Positions 32,223 through 41,101 of a stretch of DNA of 53,887 nt are shown here, piece after piece; the first letter of the stretch is position 1; every line of letters starts with the position of its first letter. Origin of the DNA: a virus (lineage: Duplodnaviria; Caudoviricetes). The stretch is taken from positions 1 through 53,887 of IMG/VR virus record IMGVR_UViG_3300044641_006158; one strand, 5' to 3'. The translations under genes and the position numbers were made by a program. Under the pieces are notes generated by a model. That model made no database searches. It was not told the DNA's origin and saw nothing but the letters and a program-made list of their open reading frames with translations.

Positions 32223-33511
32223 GGTGATGAACTATTCGCTACGTTGAATGCTTCTACTGAATATTGACTAATGACAACATTCGTATTCGGATAAATCTGT
32301 TCATAATAAAGAAGCAAATTGTTTGCATCTTCACTGCTTGGTGATGTTATATATGATATGAAATTATTTGGTAGAGCTATCGATCCGTTTGCTGTGTTTG
32401 CTGTATTTTGTACACTGTTTACAACTTGTTCCGTAGAATTAGCTAAATCATTAAAAACATCAACTAATGGGCCGGCAAGAGTTTCAGGAATACTTTTAAT
32501 TTGACCAACTGCACTGTTAATTGCACCCAAAAATGTGGATAAACAATTTTTAAGTATAGCAATGATTCTTTCTGGTAAAGAAAGTATATATTCAATGATT
32601 TGTTTTAATTGAGAAACTAATTCGACTACCATTGCTGCGATTTCAACATATTCTGCAATTTTTCTTGCATAATAATTCACTTTTCGAAGAATATCTTGTA
32701 TTACCGAAAATGCTTTTGCTATTTGACCGCTTGGATCTAGATTCAATGATGCTATTATACCGTTTTTAACGAGTCTAATAGCATCTGCAATTTTAGTTAT
32801 GATTGCTCGAATAATAAAAGCAGCTTTATTCTTACCATTTTTAATCGCATTCTTTATGATTGTAATTGGATTCTCAGAGAAATCTAAACCTAATCCTGCA
32901 AAATCAATTAAGAATTTAAAATCACATGAATGCACTGATTGTTCATTTGCAATTTGAAGTGTTGTTCCGGCAACACTATAAGTTGTAGTTGGAATTGTTG
33001 GAAATCCAACTCTACTTACTAACATAGCAGGTGCAGTAACTTTTTCGATAACTGTTTTAGAACCATCAACAATTTTAGCAACAATTACATCTGCTGCTGT
33101 TGCGTTTGATATTGGTTTTGCTATTTCACTCTTTGGTACTGGATTTCTGTAATATTTCGATTCTGCTGAAAAACCAATACCTTCTCTCGGTGGTCTCTGA
33201 GGCACACCGGGTATTGAACCCATAATCACTGGCACTTGTGAGCTTGCGCCGTCCATGAAAAAGCCGCAAACATAAGAACCTTCTTTAAAATATGAAGATG
33301 TTTTAGAACCTCCGCCAGTTACCGAGTACATTGTTTGTGCCCACGGTAAATCTTCTGTTGGAATTAAATTCAAATTTTCCGTATGTAAACCAAAGATTCG
33401 TACTCTCGAACGTCCAGCTTTGTTCGGATCTTGTATATCTTCTACAACACCAATCCACCAATTGAAGCCGTCTTGACCTAGAATGTTTTCGAAATTTTCT
33501 TTTTGTATCAT
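32219..33511 (-). CDS. gp5: gp5-like hub protein, N-terminal OB-fold half
   Basis: FNWWIGVVEDIQDP..GRSRVRIFGLH...DLPWA...GFFMDG...QVPVIMGSIPG; no lysozyme domain visible. Confidence 0.85.
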   Translation of the reverse strand: MIQKENFENILGQDGFNWWIGVVEDIQDPNKAGRSRVRIFGLHTENLNLIPTEDLPWAQTMYSVTGGGSKTSSYFKEGSYVCGFFMDGASSQVPVIMGSIPGVPQRPPREGIGFSAESKYYRNPVPKSEIAKPISNATAADVIVAKIVDGSKTVIEKVTAPAMLVSRVGFPTIPTTTYSVAGTTLQIANEQSVHSCDFKFLIDFAGLGLDFSENPITIIKNAIKNGKNKAAFIIRAIITKIADAIRLVKNGIIASLNLDPSGQIAKAFSVIQDILRKVNYYARKIAEYVEIAAMVVELVSQLKQIIEYILSLPERIIAILKNCLSTFLGAINSAVGQIKSIPETLAGPLVDVFNDLANSTEQVVNSVQNTANTANGSIALPNNFISYITSPSSEDANNLLLYYEQIYPNTNVVISQYSVEAFNVANSSSP

Positions 33512-34923
33512 TTTTCACCTCTTTTTGCTGCTGCAAAATCGGGATTTGTTTCAGTTGATGGAAAATCACTTGAAAAACTATCTTTTGCAACTTCAAGAAT
33601 CGTTTCATATTTTAAGTTTATATCTATGACATGTCTAACGCCAATGATTAAATACTTACCTGAGTTGAATAAACTCTTTTCACTTTTATTTTCTTTTTTC
33701 GTACCGTCTTTTGATATGTTTGATGGTAAAATTACTTCGATAATTTTACCGACTGATAATTGCGGATCACCAGTAACCAATAGTCTCACTCTAGAATATG
33801 AAGCAAGTTTTATCTGTGCAGTTCTAAATGGTATAAAAACTTCTGCCATGATATCGTTTGCGACACCGGACGGATCATTTTTATACCATTCCGCAAATCT
33901 TACTCTAAAATTAGAATTAACTGTTTTGAAAACTCCATCATAATTTTCATTTGGCTTTTTACCTAGTCTATTTTCTATAGAACCAATTATCGGTGAGTTG
34001 TTTAGAGTGTTTGTTGAATTGAAATATTTTGTGTAGTCGAAAGTCACATCTTTATAATCTTGTGTGAGTGTGTTCACCACTCTTACTTTGTTTGCGAGTA
34101 CGCCGCCACTGACTGCATATAGAGAATCAAATGTATCCAAATATTTGTATGACTTTATGTTATTGAATGATCTTGTTAATTCAGTTGTTTTATTGAAAAG
34201 GCCGGCATTATTCGGATTATAGGAATATTCAGAATAAGGCACTTTTTCGTATAATTTTTGAAGAGAAAGAAAATTAAAACCATCTTGATTTTCATAGAAT
34301 AAGTAGTCGGCACCTTCTTTACCAAGTGGTTGTGCAACGTTGATGAGCCAGTTTATGGCTTCAAAAGGTTTTTTGTTCGGCACAATTAGATCATATAGTC
34401 CATCAGAATCATCAACATTAATTCTTTTTTCTGGTATTTTCAAATAGTTTTTCAATATATCTTTAATGATCTCACTTATTTGTTTATTCTTATAAGATTT
34501 TAGTACTCGGATTTGTTCCGAAAGAAATAATTCTTCAGAACAGAAATGCAATGTATACATTTCTGTGTTATTATTTTCTAGTGTTCTTTCACCAACTCTG
34601 TATACTCTGAAATAACGATAAAATTCTGCTTTATTATTAATACTTTCGTTTTTATTGAATACTAATTTGATGTATTCATTGCCGCAAAGCTTTAAACCTT
34701 CAATTAACGAGATGGAATCTCTTATGAGTATGTGACCAGATGTACTGCAATTGAAAATGTCTTCGAAATAAGATATTTCGATCATCATTGTTTTCAAACT
34801 GAATGTCTGAACAGGCGTTATTAGATTAATTTCCGATAACGCATAGCTATCTATTACTTTCGTGCCTTCGAAAGTATCCTTTACATTATCGAGTTCAACA
34901 TAATTAGACATAAAATTAAACAC
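33508..34923 (-). CDS. Putative baseplate hub protein (gp27-like)
   Basis: YFEDIF...SGHILIRDS; PFEAINWL; YLFYEN..GFNF; GDPQLSVG; SGKYLIIGVRH; sits between gp53 and gp5. Confidence 0.65.
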   Translation of the reverse strand: MFNFMSNYVELDNVKDTFEGTKVIDSYALSEINLITPVQTFSLKTMMIEISYFEDIFNCSTSGHILIRDSISLIEGLKLCGNEYIKLVFNKNESINNKAEFYRYFRVYRVGERTLENNNTEMYTLHFCSEELFLSEQIRVLKSYKNKQISEIIKDILKNYLKIPEKRINVDDSDGLYDLIVPNKKPFEAINWLINVAQPLGKEGADYLFYENQDGFNFLSLQKLYEKVPYSEYSYNPNNAGLFNKTTELTRSFNNIKSYKYLDTFDSLYAVSGGVLANKVRVVNTLTQDYKDVTFDYTKYFNSTNTLNNSPIIGSIENRLGKKPNENYDGVFKTVNSNFRVRFAEWYKNDPSGVANDIMAEVFIPFRTAQIKLASYSRVRLLVTGDPQLSVGKIIEVILPSNISKDGTKKENKSEKSLFNSGKYLIIGVRHVIDINLKYETILEVAKDSFSSDFPSTETNPDFAAAKRGEK

Positions 34924-35545
34924 CCATTACTGTCTGAAATACTTTTTCAAAACGCGGCACATAAGAAGAATTTAACAATTTAATAATTCTTTTGTTTTCA
35001 TTCTTTTCATATTCGTTTTCAAAAATTGTTACAATTCTTTTTGATATTTCTACTTTGCAACTATAATCACCAATTTTAAACGTTTGTGTCGATGATGATA
35101 ATGAGTTGTACGCACTCTGTGTTAAATTTGTATATATTGTATTTTCAGTTAAATTATCTAAATTTGTCGTTTTTGTTATTTTCTGATAAGCGTATACAGT
35201 AACATTTGTGTATTCAAATGGCGTCATTGAAACGGATTCCGCCTCGACTTTGTATTTTTCATTAATGTAATCTAGAAATTGTTCCTGTCTTAGTGGCCAA
35301 TCCCAGAGTGGGTCGAGAATATTGTTTGAATATAAAACAATCCAATAACGATACGGACTATTGTAATATTTTTCGGCGACTATCTCTGGTGTATCACTAT
35401 CTTGTATAGAATATTGATAGAATAACATAGGATTGTTTTGAAATTCTTCGAGCAAAGTTGCTCTTGTAAGAATGTTTGTCAAAACAATTGAATTTCCATT
35501 TTGATCTGGTGTTACAACCTTTGGTAATGAATTGAAATAGAACAT
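34916..35545 (-). CDS. gp53: Baseplate wedge protein gp53
   Basis: YFNSLP...YSIQDSDTPEIVAEKYY..YWIVLYSNNILDPLWDWP; NENKRIIKLL. Confidence 0.9.
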   Translation of the reverse strand: MFYFNSLPKVVTPDQNGNSIVLTNILTRATLLEEFQNNPMLFYQYSIQDSDTPEIVAEKYYNSPYRYWIVLYSNNILDPLWDWPLRQEQFLDYINEKYKVEAESVSMTPFEYTNVTVYAYQKITKTTNLDNLTENTIYTNLTQSAYNSLSSSTQTFKIGDYSCKVEISKRIVTIFENEYEKNENKRIIKLLNSSYVPRFEKVFQTVMGV

Positions 35546-36633
35546 TAGTAACCTTCTTCGATGCGATTTTTGTCAATAATGAATATTTCTCTAAATTGCA
35601 TTGTTAATGCAGTTTGTATAGCAGAACCATCATTAAAACTCGACCAACCGTTCGGTGAATAATCAACGTCAATTGATTCGAGTACACATTCACCGATTCT
35701 GTTCACATTTAAATTCTCTTCACCGTTAAATAAAAACTTAATTTTAAAAGTGTCTGGCACTCTCAAGAAAATTGATTGTTCTGTTACAAACCCAGGTTCA
35801 AATTTCGGTGCAGATGCCTTCTTAAATATTTTGATGATATTTTGAATTGCTGACGCTTCTGCTTGATTCTTCGGCGAAAGAATGAAAGAGAATTGAAATG
35901 TTCTGAAGCTTACGTTTGAAAATAGAACTTGAAGTTGTGGGTTATCCGCATAACCCACGCTTGATAATGCAAAAGGTGTTAAGTTTGTACCTAAAGTATT
36001 ATCAATTGCACCGGCAGCAAGTTTTCTGAAAAATGGATCATTTATAACGTTTTTTATTCTTTCCGCGGCACCTTGATTAGTTTTGAGTGAATCAACTATA
36101 TTTGAACCTGCTTGAGCTAAAAATAATGGCTTACCAAGTGCCGCAGTCAAACTGTCATTTGAATATTGTGCGCTGTATTGGACGTTCACTGTATCTGGTA
36201 CATAAAGTGCGACAGTATCACCATCTTTTCTTTTTGGTCCAGTTCTGAGCGTAGAAATAAATTCTTCAAATAACTTTTCAGCTTGATCAAGTCCTTCTTT
36301 TGCTCTCATTGCAGCTTCTGCTGCGGCTTGAGTGGGTGTTAAATTAACAATGCGTTGCGCTTCATTGAATGCGGATCTTGCTGTTTGAACTGCTACTGTC
36401 CTGATTGAAATATCCGATTGGATACCTCTAGGTGCCGATTCAACTTGTTCTTGAACAGTGAAAGTAATTACATGCCCACGATTTGATGCACCCAAATCTG
36501 ATGGGAATTGGAAAATATTGTTTACGTACTTATTTTGATATAGATTTCTTAGTGGTCCGATTGGTGTACTACCAGTCGTAGGCACTCTTAGACCAGACAC
36601 GATGACTGGTGTTGTAATTGAACTTTCTGCCAT
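35545..36633 (-). CDS. gp48: Baseplate tail-tube cap gp48 (start revised to MAESSI at 36633)
   Basis: FQFPSDL; VALYVPD; NPQLQVLF..VSFRTFQFSF.LSPKN..EA; CVLESIDVDYSPNG; late promoter just upstream of 36633. Confidence 0.85.
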   Translation of the reverse strand: MAESSITTPVIVSGLRVPTTGSTPIGPLRNLYQNKYVNNIFQFPSDLGASNRGHVITFTVQEQVESAPRGIQSDISIRTVAVQTARSAFNEAQRIVNLTPTQAAAEAAMRAKEGLDQAEKLFEEFISTLRTGPKRKDGDTVALYVPDTVNVQYSAQYSNDSLTAALGKPLFLAQAGSNIVDSLKTNQGAAERIKNVINDPFFRKLAAGAIDNTLGTNLTPFALSSVGYADNPQLQVLFSNVSFRTFQFSFILSPKNQAEASAIQNIIKIFKKASAPKFEPGFVTEQSIFLRVPDTFKIKFLFNGEENLNVNRIGECVLESIDVDYSPNGWSSFNDGSAIQTALTMQFREIFIIDKNRIEEGY

Positions 36634-36668
36634 GTTTTTATTCTCTAGAGGATGATGACATATATACT

Positions 36669-36676
36669 TATTTATA
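36669..36676 (-). promoter_or_regulatory. T4 late promoter TATAAATA
   Basis: Exact consensus upstream of the gp48 RBS (AGAG) and ATG, in the divergent gp48/gp4 gap. Confidence 0.75.
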
Positions 36677-36698
36677 TGTTTTGTTGGAAAGTTAAAAA

Positions 36699-37136
36699 AT
36701 GGCATATTCTGGAAAATTTTACCCTCAAAACCCAGGAAAATACAAAGGTGATTACAACAACATAATCTATCGTTCATCTTGGGAATGCAGAGTGATGAAC
36801 TGGCTCGATAAAAATGAAAATATCGTTGAATGGGGCTCTGAAGAATTTTCAATACCGTATAAGTCTCCAGTTGATGGTAAATTTCATCGTTATTACCCAG
36901 ATTTCTTTGTAAGAGTTAAGCAAAAAGATGGTATAATCAGAGCAATGGTAATTGAAATAAAGCCAAAGAAACAAACAAAACCCCCTCAAAAGAAAAAGAG
37001 AGTCACGAAACAATACATTCAAGAAGTTGTTACGTGGGGTATAAATGAAGCGAAATGGAAAGCAGCAACTGAATTTTGTACAGACAGAGGATGGGCTTTC
37101 AAAGTTTTAACTGAAGATGATATAGCTTTCACATAA
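36699..37136 (+). CDS. gp4: Head completion nuclease gp4
   Basis: YSGKFYPQNPGKYKGD...YRSSWE...WGSEE..IPY.SPVDGKFHRYYPDF...EIKPKKQT...NEAKWKAA. Confidence 0.92.
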   Translation: MAYSGKFYPQNPGKYKGDYNNIIYRSSWECRVMNWLDKNENIVEWGSEEFSIPYKSPVDGKFHRYYPDFFVRVKQKDGIIRAMVIEIKPKKQTKPPQKKKRVTKQYIQEVVTWGINEAKWKAATEFCTDRGWAFKVLTEDDIAFT

Positions 37137-37147
37137 TTGGAGATACT

Positions 37148-38920
37148 ATGATTAGATTGCATGTTCTTGCTGTGCCACACACAGCATCTACGAAAGAATA
37201 TACTGTGTGTGCTTTTACCCAGAAGGTAATTAACTTCTGTAAAATGTACAAAGAACAGGGTATGTACGTTATTCATTATGGTCATGAAGCATCAGATGTT
37301 ATATGTGATGAACATGTAACTGTGACTACACAGAAACTTCTTGATGATGCATATGGCATATATGATTGGAAGAACCGAGGGCTTAAGTACGTCATGGGTG
37401 ATATCGTACAGAGAACATTTAATGAAAATGCGATTCGTGCGATTGCAAAAAGAAAACAACCTGGCGATATCATACTTTGCTTTTTCGGCAATGCACAGCA
37501 AGCAGTTTGTGAAGCACACTCTGATTTGTTTTGCTGTGAACCGAGTATTGGTTATCCGTCAGCATTTGCGCCGTACAAAGTTTATGAATCATATGCAGTC
37601 ATGCATGGGCTTCAGGGTCAATCGAAGATTTCAAACGCAGAGTATAAGTTCTATGATGTTGTAATACCTTCCGGCTTTGATCTTTCCGAGTTTGAGTTCA
37701 GGGAGAAAAAAGAAGGTTACTTCTTAATGTGCGGGAGAATAATCTGGTCAAAAGGCGTTGATATTGCATCACAAGTATGCGAAAAATTGGGTATGAAACT
37801 TATTCTTGCCGGGACAACGAACGGACCAGAAGATTGCAATCTCGGCGATAAATGGCCTGATCACGTTGCGTATGTTGGTTATGCTGATGTAGAAAAACGG
37901 AAGAAATTGATGGCTGGTGCAAATGCTCTTTTTTGCCCGACAATATACAATGAGCCATTTGGCTACGTAGCAATTGAAGCAATGCTCTCTGGTACACCTG
38001 TAATCACGGTCGATTGGGGTGCGTTCACTGAGACTGTGCAGCACGGTGTAACTGGTTATCGCTGCCGTACTTTTGAACAGTTTCTCTGGGCGGCAAAGAA
38101 CATTGACACAATCTCACCGCGAGCATGTAGAGAATGGGCTGAGAAGAATTACAGCTTTGAAAAAGTTGGTAAGATGTATAAAGAATATTTTCAGTCACTT
38201 CAAAATTTGAACGGCGGTGGCTGGTATACAGAAAACGAAGAGAGGCGAGAACTTGAATGGCTCACGAAAGAAGTGCCACAGACACCGAAGACCTTCTCGA
38301 ACATTCTTAATTTACTGAATCGTAACTTGAATGGAAAAATTAATTTTATACAAATCGGTGCAATGGACGGTGTTAAATTTGATGATCTTCATTTGTATAT
38401 CAAGAATTTTAATTGGTCTGGTTATCTTGTAGAACCATTACCAGAGAAATTCGATAAGTTGATGCAGAATTATCAAGATGTTGAAGGACTTTCTTTTGAA
38501 TGTTCTGCGATTACAAACTTTGACGGTGAGGTAGAAATCTATACTGTTCCACAAGAGAAGATTGGGGATGGCACTGTACAAGAATGGGCAGAAGGTTGTT
38601 CAACACTTACGCCTAAAACACATATTGAGCATTTAGTTCCGCATATGGTTCCTCAAATAGTGAATGCCATGACATTCAATACGTTCGCTAATAAATGGAA
38701 TATACAGTCGAATGATATCGATTTTATACAAATCGATACTGAAGGTTCCGACTACGATATTATGCTTCAGATTATGGATTCGAATATTCGACCGAAACTA
38801 TTCAAAATCGAAATTGCACACATTACATATACGAAAGCATTCTATATTCGCTGGCTTCTAGAGAAAGAAAACTATAAAACATTCATCGACAACTATGATT
38901 TAGTCGCTTATAGGTTCTAA
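37148..38920 (+). CDS. GT-B (GT4-like) glycosyltransferase fused to an FkbM-family methyltransferase
   Basis: GRIIWSKG, EPFGYVAIEAMLSGTPVI and ETVQHGVTGY in the N-terminal part; FIQIGAMDG, LVEP and IQIDTEGSD in the C-terminal part (from ~38340). Confidence 0.88.
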   Translation: MIRLHVLAVPHTASTKEYTVCAFTQKVINFCKMYKEQGMYVIHYGHEASDVICDEHVTVTTQKLLDDAYGIYDWKNRGLKYVMGDIVQRTFNENAIRAIAKRKQPGDIILCFFGNAQQAVCEAHSDLFCCEPSIGYPSAFAPYKVYESYAVMHGLQGQSKISNAEYKFYDVVIPSGFDLSEFEFREKKEGYFLMCGRIIWSKGVDIASQVCEKLGMKLILAGTTNGPEDCNLGDKWPDHVAYVGYADVEKRKKLMAGANALFCPTIYNEPFGYVAIEAMLSGTPVITVDWGAFTETVQHGVTGYRCRTFEQFLWAAKNIDTISPRACREWAEKNYSFEKVGKMYKEYFQSLQNLNGGGWYTENEERRELEWLTKEVPQTPKTFSNILNLLNRNLNGKINFIQIGAMDGVKFDDLHLYIKNFNWSGYLVEPLPEKFDKLMQNYQDVEGLSFECSAITNFDGEVEIYTVPQEKIGDGTVQEWAEGCSTLTPKTHIEHLVPHMVPQIVNAMTFNTFANKWNIQSNDIDFIQIDTEGSDYDIMLQIMDSNIRPKLFKIEIAHITYTKAFYIRWLLEKENYKTFIDNYDLVAYRF

Positions 38921-38928
38921 TATAAATA
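38921..38928 (+). promoter_or_regulatory. T4 late promoter TATAAATA
   Basis: Exact consensus 6 nt upstream of the gp2 ATG. Confidence 0.75.
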
Positions 38929-38934
38929 ATAACT

Positions 38935-39519
38935 ATGGGAACAAAATTAATAGAAATAACAAAAAAAAGGTCTGCTCTAGATTATGCATTTTTATCTAGA
39001 GAGTCTTATGATTGGTTTCAAAAGGAAGTTAAGAAATTAAATTCGCCCATTGATTTGGCTAAAGAAATTGCAAAATTGCGTAGAAAAGCACCGTTTGAAG
39101 TTGGTGGTTTATATACTTATTTCTATGATCCGCTTCATAAAGATAAACTACCGTATTATGATACTTTTCCGCTTGTTATACCTTTGTCTTTGTTGCCGGA
39201 TGGTTTTATAGGTCTTAATCTGCATTACTTATCGCCGATGAAACGTGCTTTGTTTCTAGATAAACTCATTGATTTTGATCCATATAGCACGAAGGATCAA
39301 AAGAAAAGAATAGATGTCGCTTACGATATGTTAAAGGCAACTAGTTCGATGAAAGAATATAAGCCGTGTCTTAAACGTTATTTGAATACACAAATAAGAT
39401 CGAGAATCATACCAATAAAAACAAGCGAATGGGAAACTGCATTGTTTTTACCAACTGCTAATTTCGTTGGTGCTAAAAATGCTGAAGTATACCGAGATTC
39501 AAACAAAAGGATGCGCTAA
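38935..39519 (+). CDS. gp2: DNA end protector gp2
   Basis: YFYDPLHKDKLPYYDTFPLVIP...GLNLHYL...KPCLKRYL...WETALFLPTANF. Confidence 0.92.
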   Translation: MGTKLIEITKKRSALDYAFLSRESYDWFQKEVKKLNSPIDLAKEIAKLRRKAPFEVGGLYTYFYDPLHKDKLPYYDTFPLVIPLSLLPDGFIGLNLHYLSPMKRALFLDKLIDFDPYSTKDQKKRIDVAYDMLKATSSMKEYKPCLKRYLNTQIRSRIIPIKTSEWETALFLPTANFVGAKNAEVYRDSNKRMR

Positions 39520-40166
39520 TGGCAAAAGGTTCAATATCACAGTTTTTAACTAGCTTTAAAAACGAATTAGCCCGTCAAAATCATTTTGAAGTTGACATAA
39601 TGTTGCCTAGCGGCCTTTCGACCTATGGTGATTTTAGTCGTAGCAATTTAAACTTACGCTGTGAAGCAACTGAATTGCCAGGAAGAAGTTTGCTCACTGC
39701 GCCGATGAAAGTTTATGGTGTCGAAGAAAAATATCCATATTTGTCGAACTTCAATGATATAACACTAACTTTCATTGTCACAGATACAATGATTGAAAAG
39801 AAAATATTTGAATCATGGATTAACTTCATACATCCGTCTTCTACTTTCAATTTTAAGTATAAGAATCAATATGCGACTGAAATGAAAATTATACAGTATG
39901 ATATGAGAAAAGAAGAATCATATAAAATTAAATTGTTAAATGCATATCCAATTGGAACGAATCAACTTGATCTGAACTGGAATTCAGAGGGATATCATAA
40001 ACTAACAGTTTCATTTGTTTATGATAAATGGGAAGATATGAGTGAAGCAAGTATTGATGCTCTTGATTTGGAAATTAGCAATGAAAAATCAAATATTCCA
40101 AGTTTAACAAAAAATGAAATTGTTTATCGCGGTGAAACTTTTACAACACCAACAACAGCATTATAA
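39519..40166 (+). CDS. Tail-tube family protein (gp54 initiator / gp19-like)
   Basis: LARQNHFEV; LRCEATELPGR; ITLTF; FESW; LLNAYP; LTVSFVY. Confidence 0.75.
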   Translation: MAKGSISQFLTSFKNELARQNHFEVDIMLPSGLSTYGDFSRSNLNLRCEATELPGRSLLTAPMKVYGVEEKYPYLSNFNDITLTFIVTDTMIEKKIFESWINFIHPSSTFNFKYKNQYATEMKIIQYDMRKEESYKIKLLNAYPIGTNQLDLNWNSEGYHKLTVSFVYDKWEDMSEASIDALDLEISNEKSNIPSLTKNEIVYRGETFTTPTTAL

Positions 40167-40181
40167 AATGAGGTTTAATTT

Positions 40182-40907
40182 ATGCCATTACCAAAGATTG
40201 ATACACCAATATATGATTTGACATTACCACTATCGAACAAAAAGATTCGATATAGACCTTTCTTAGTGAAAGAACAGAAAAATCTATTGATGGCCATTGA
40301 GTCTGATGACCAAGAATCAATTCAAGAAAACATCAAACAAATTCTAAGAAACTGTACTCTTACAGAAGACATTGACATCGATGATCTTCCTGTTATAGAT
40401 ATTGAATATTATTTCATTAATCTTCGAGCAAAATCTGTCGGTGAAGTTATCGAAAATAAATATCGTTGTGAAGCAATTGTTGATGATAAAAAATGCAATA
40501 ACGTCATGGAAACAACGATCAATTTACTTGACATCAAAGTTGATGGATTAGTTAAAGATAACGATGTAATTCAACTGAATGATAAGATTTCAGTGAAGAT
40601 GCGATATCCTAAATTTTCTGTTCTCAAGTCTGTTAAAGATATGAACAAGATGGCGGATATTGCAATGAAAATGGTTGCTGAGTCAATTGAATATATTTAC
40701 GATGGTGAGCAATTTTATTATTCGAGAGAAGCAACAGAAAAAGAACTTCTTGAATTCGTAGAATCATTGAACCAAAAACAGTTTGAAAAGATAGAAAAGT
40801 TTTTCGATTCTTTGCCTAAGCTGCAAAGAAAAGTGCAAATGACATGTTCAAAATGTGGTTTTCAACACAACTTTGATATAGAAGGACTAGAAAATTTTTT
40901 CGGTTAA
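40182..40907 (+). CDS. gp26: Baseplate hub assembly protein gp26-like
   Basis: MPLPKIDTPIYDLTLP..IRYRPFLVKEQK.LL; LRAKSVGE; two Cys pairs; IEGLENFFG. Confidence 0.9.
   Translation: MPLPKIDTPIYDLTLPLSNKKIRYRPFLVKEQKNLLMAIESDDQESIQENIKQILRNCTLTEDIDIDDLPVIDIEYYFINLRAKSVGEVIENKYRCEAIVDDKKCNNVMETTINLLDIKVDGLVKDNDVIQLNDKISVKMRYPKFSVLKSVKDMNKMADIAMKMVAESIEYIYDGEQFYYSREATEKELLEFVESLNQKQFEKIEKFFDSLPKLQRKVQMTCSKCGFQHNFDIEGLENFFG
40892..40901 (+). promoter_or_regulatory. Putative -1 ribosomal frameshift site (A_AAT_TTT and T_TTT_TTC)
   Basis: Two overlapping in-frame X_XXY_YYZ heptamers just before the gp26 stop; the -1 frame is the gp51-like frame. Confidence 0.65.
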
Positions 40908-41101
40908 TATTTCGTCATGATAACCTGCAAAATTATTATAGAACTAATTTTGCGTTGATGCAACATCATAAGTATTCTTTGACAGAATTAGAATCAATGA
41001 TGCCGTGGGAAAGAGATATATACGTTTCATTATTAATACAGCATATTGAAGAGGAAAATGAGAAGATAAAACAATTAAACAATCAAAGAAGAAGTAAATG
41101 A
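40895..41101 (+). CDS. gp51: gp51-like segment in the -1 frame of gp26 (not in ORF track; first ATG at 40958)
   Basis: Reads FFRLIFRHDNLQNYYRTNFALMQHHKYSLTELESMMPWERDIYVSLLIQHIEEENEKIK...; TGA overlaps the next ATG (ATGA). Confidence 0.85.
   Translation, partial: FFRLIFRHDNLQNYYRTNFALMQHHKYSLTELESMMPWERDIYVSLLIQHIEEENEKIKQLNNQRRSK

Noticed and set aside
36634-36852. N-terminal extension of gp48 in the ORF track
   Set aside because: It overlaps gp4 on the other strand; the late promoter and RBS point to the ATG at 36633
36699-37136. TnsA-like transposase
   Set aside because: Motifs and position match the T4 head completion protein gp4; no transposon ends or partner genes
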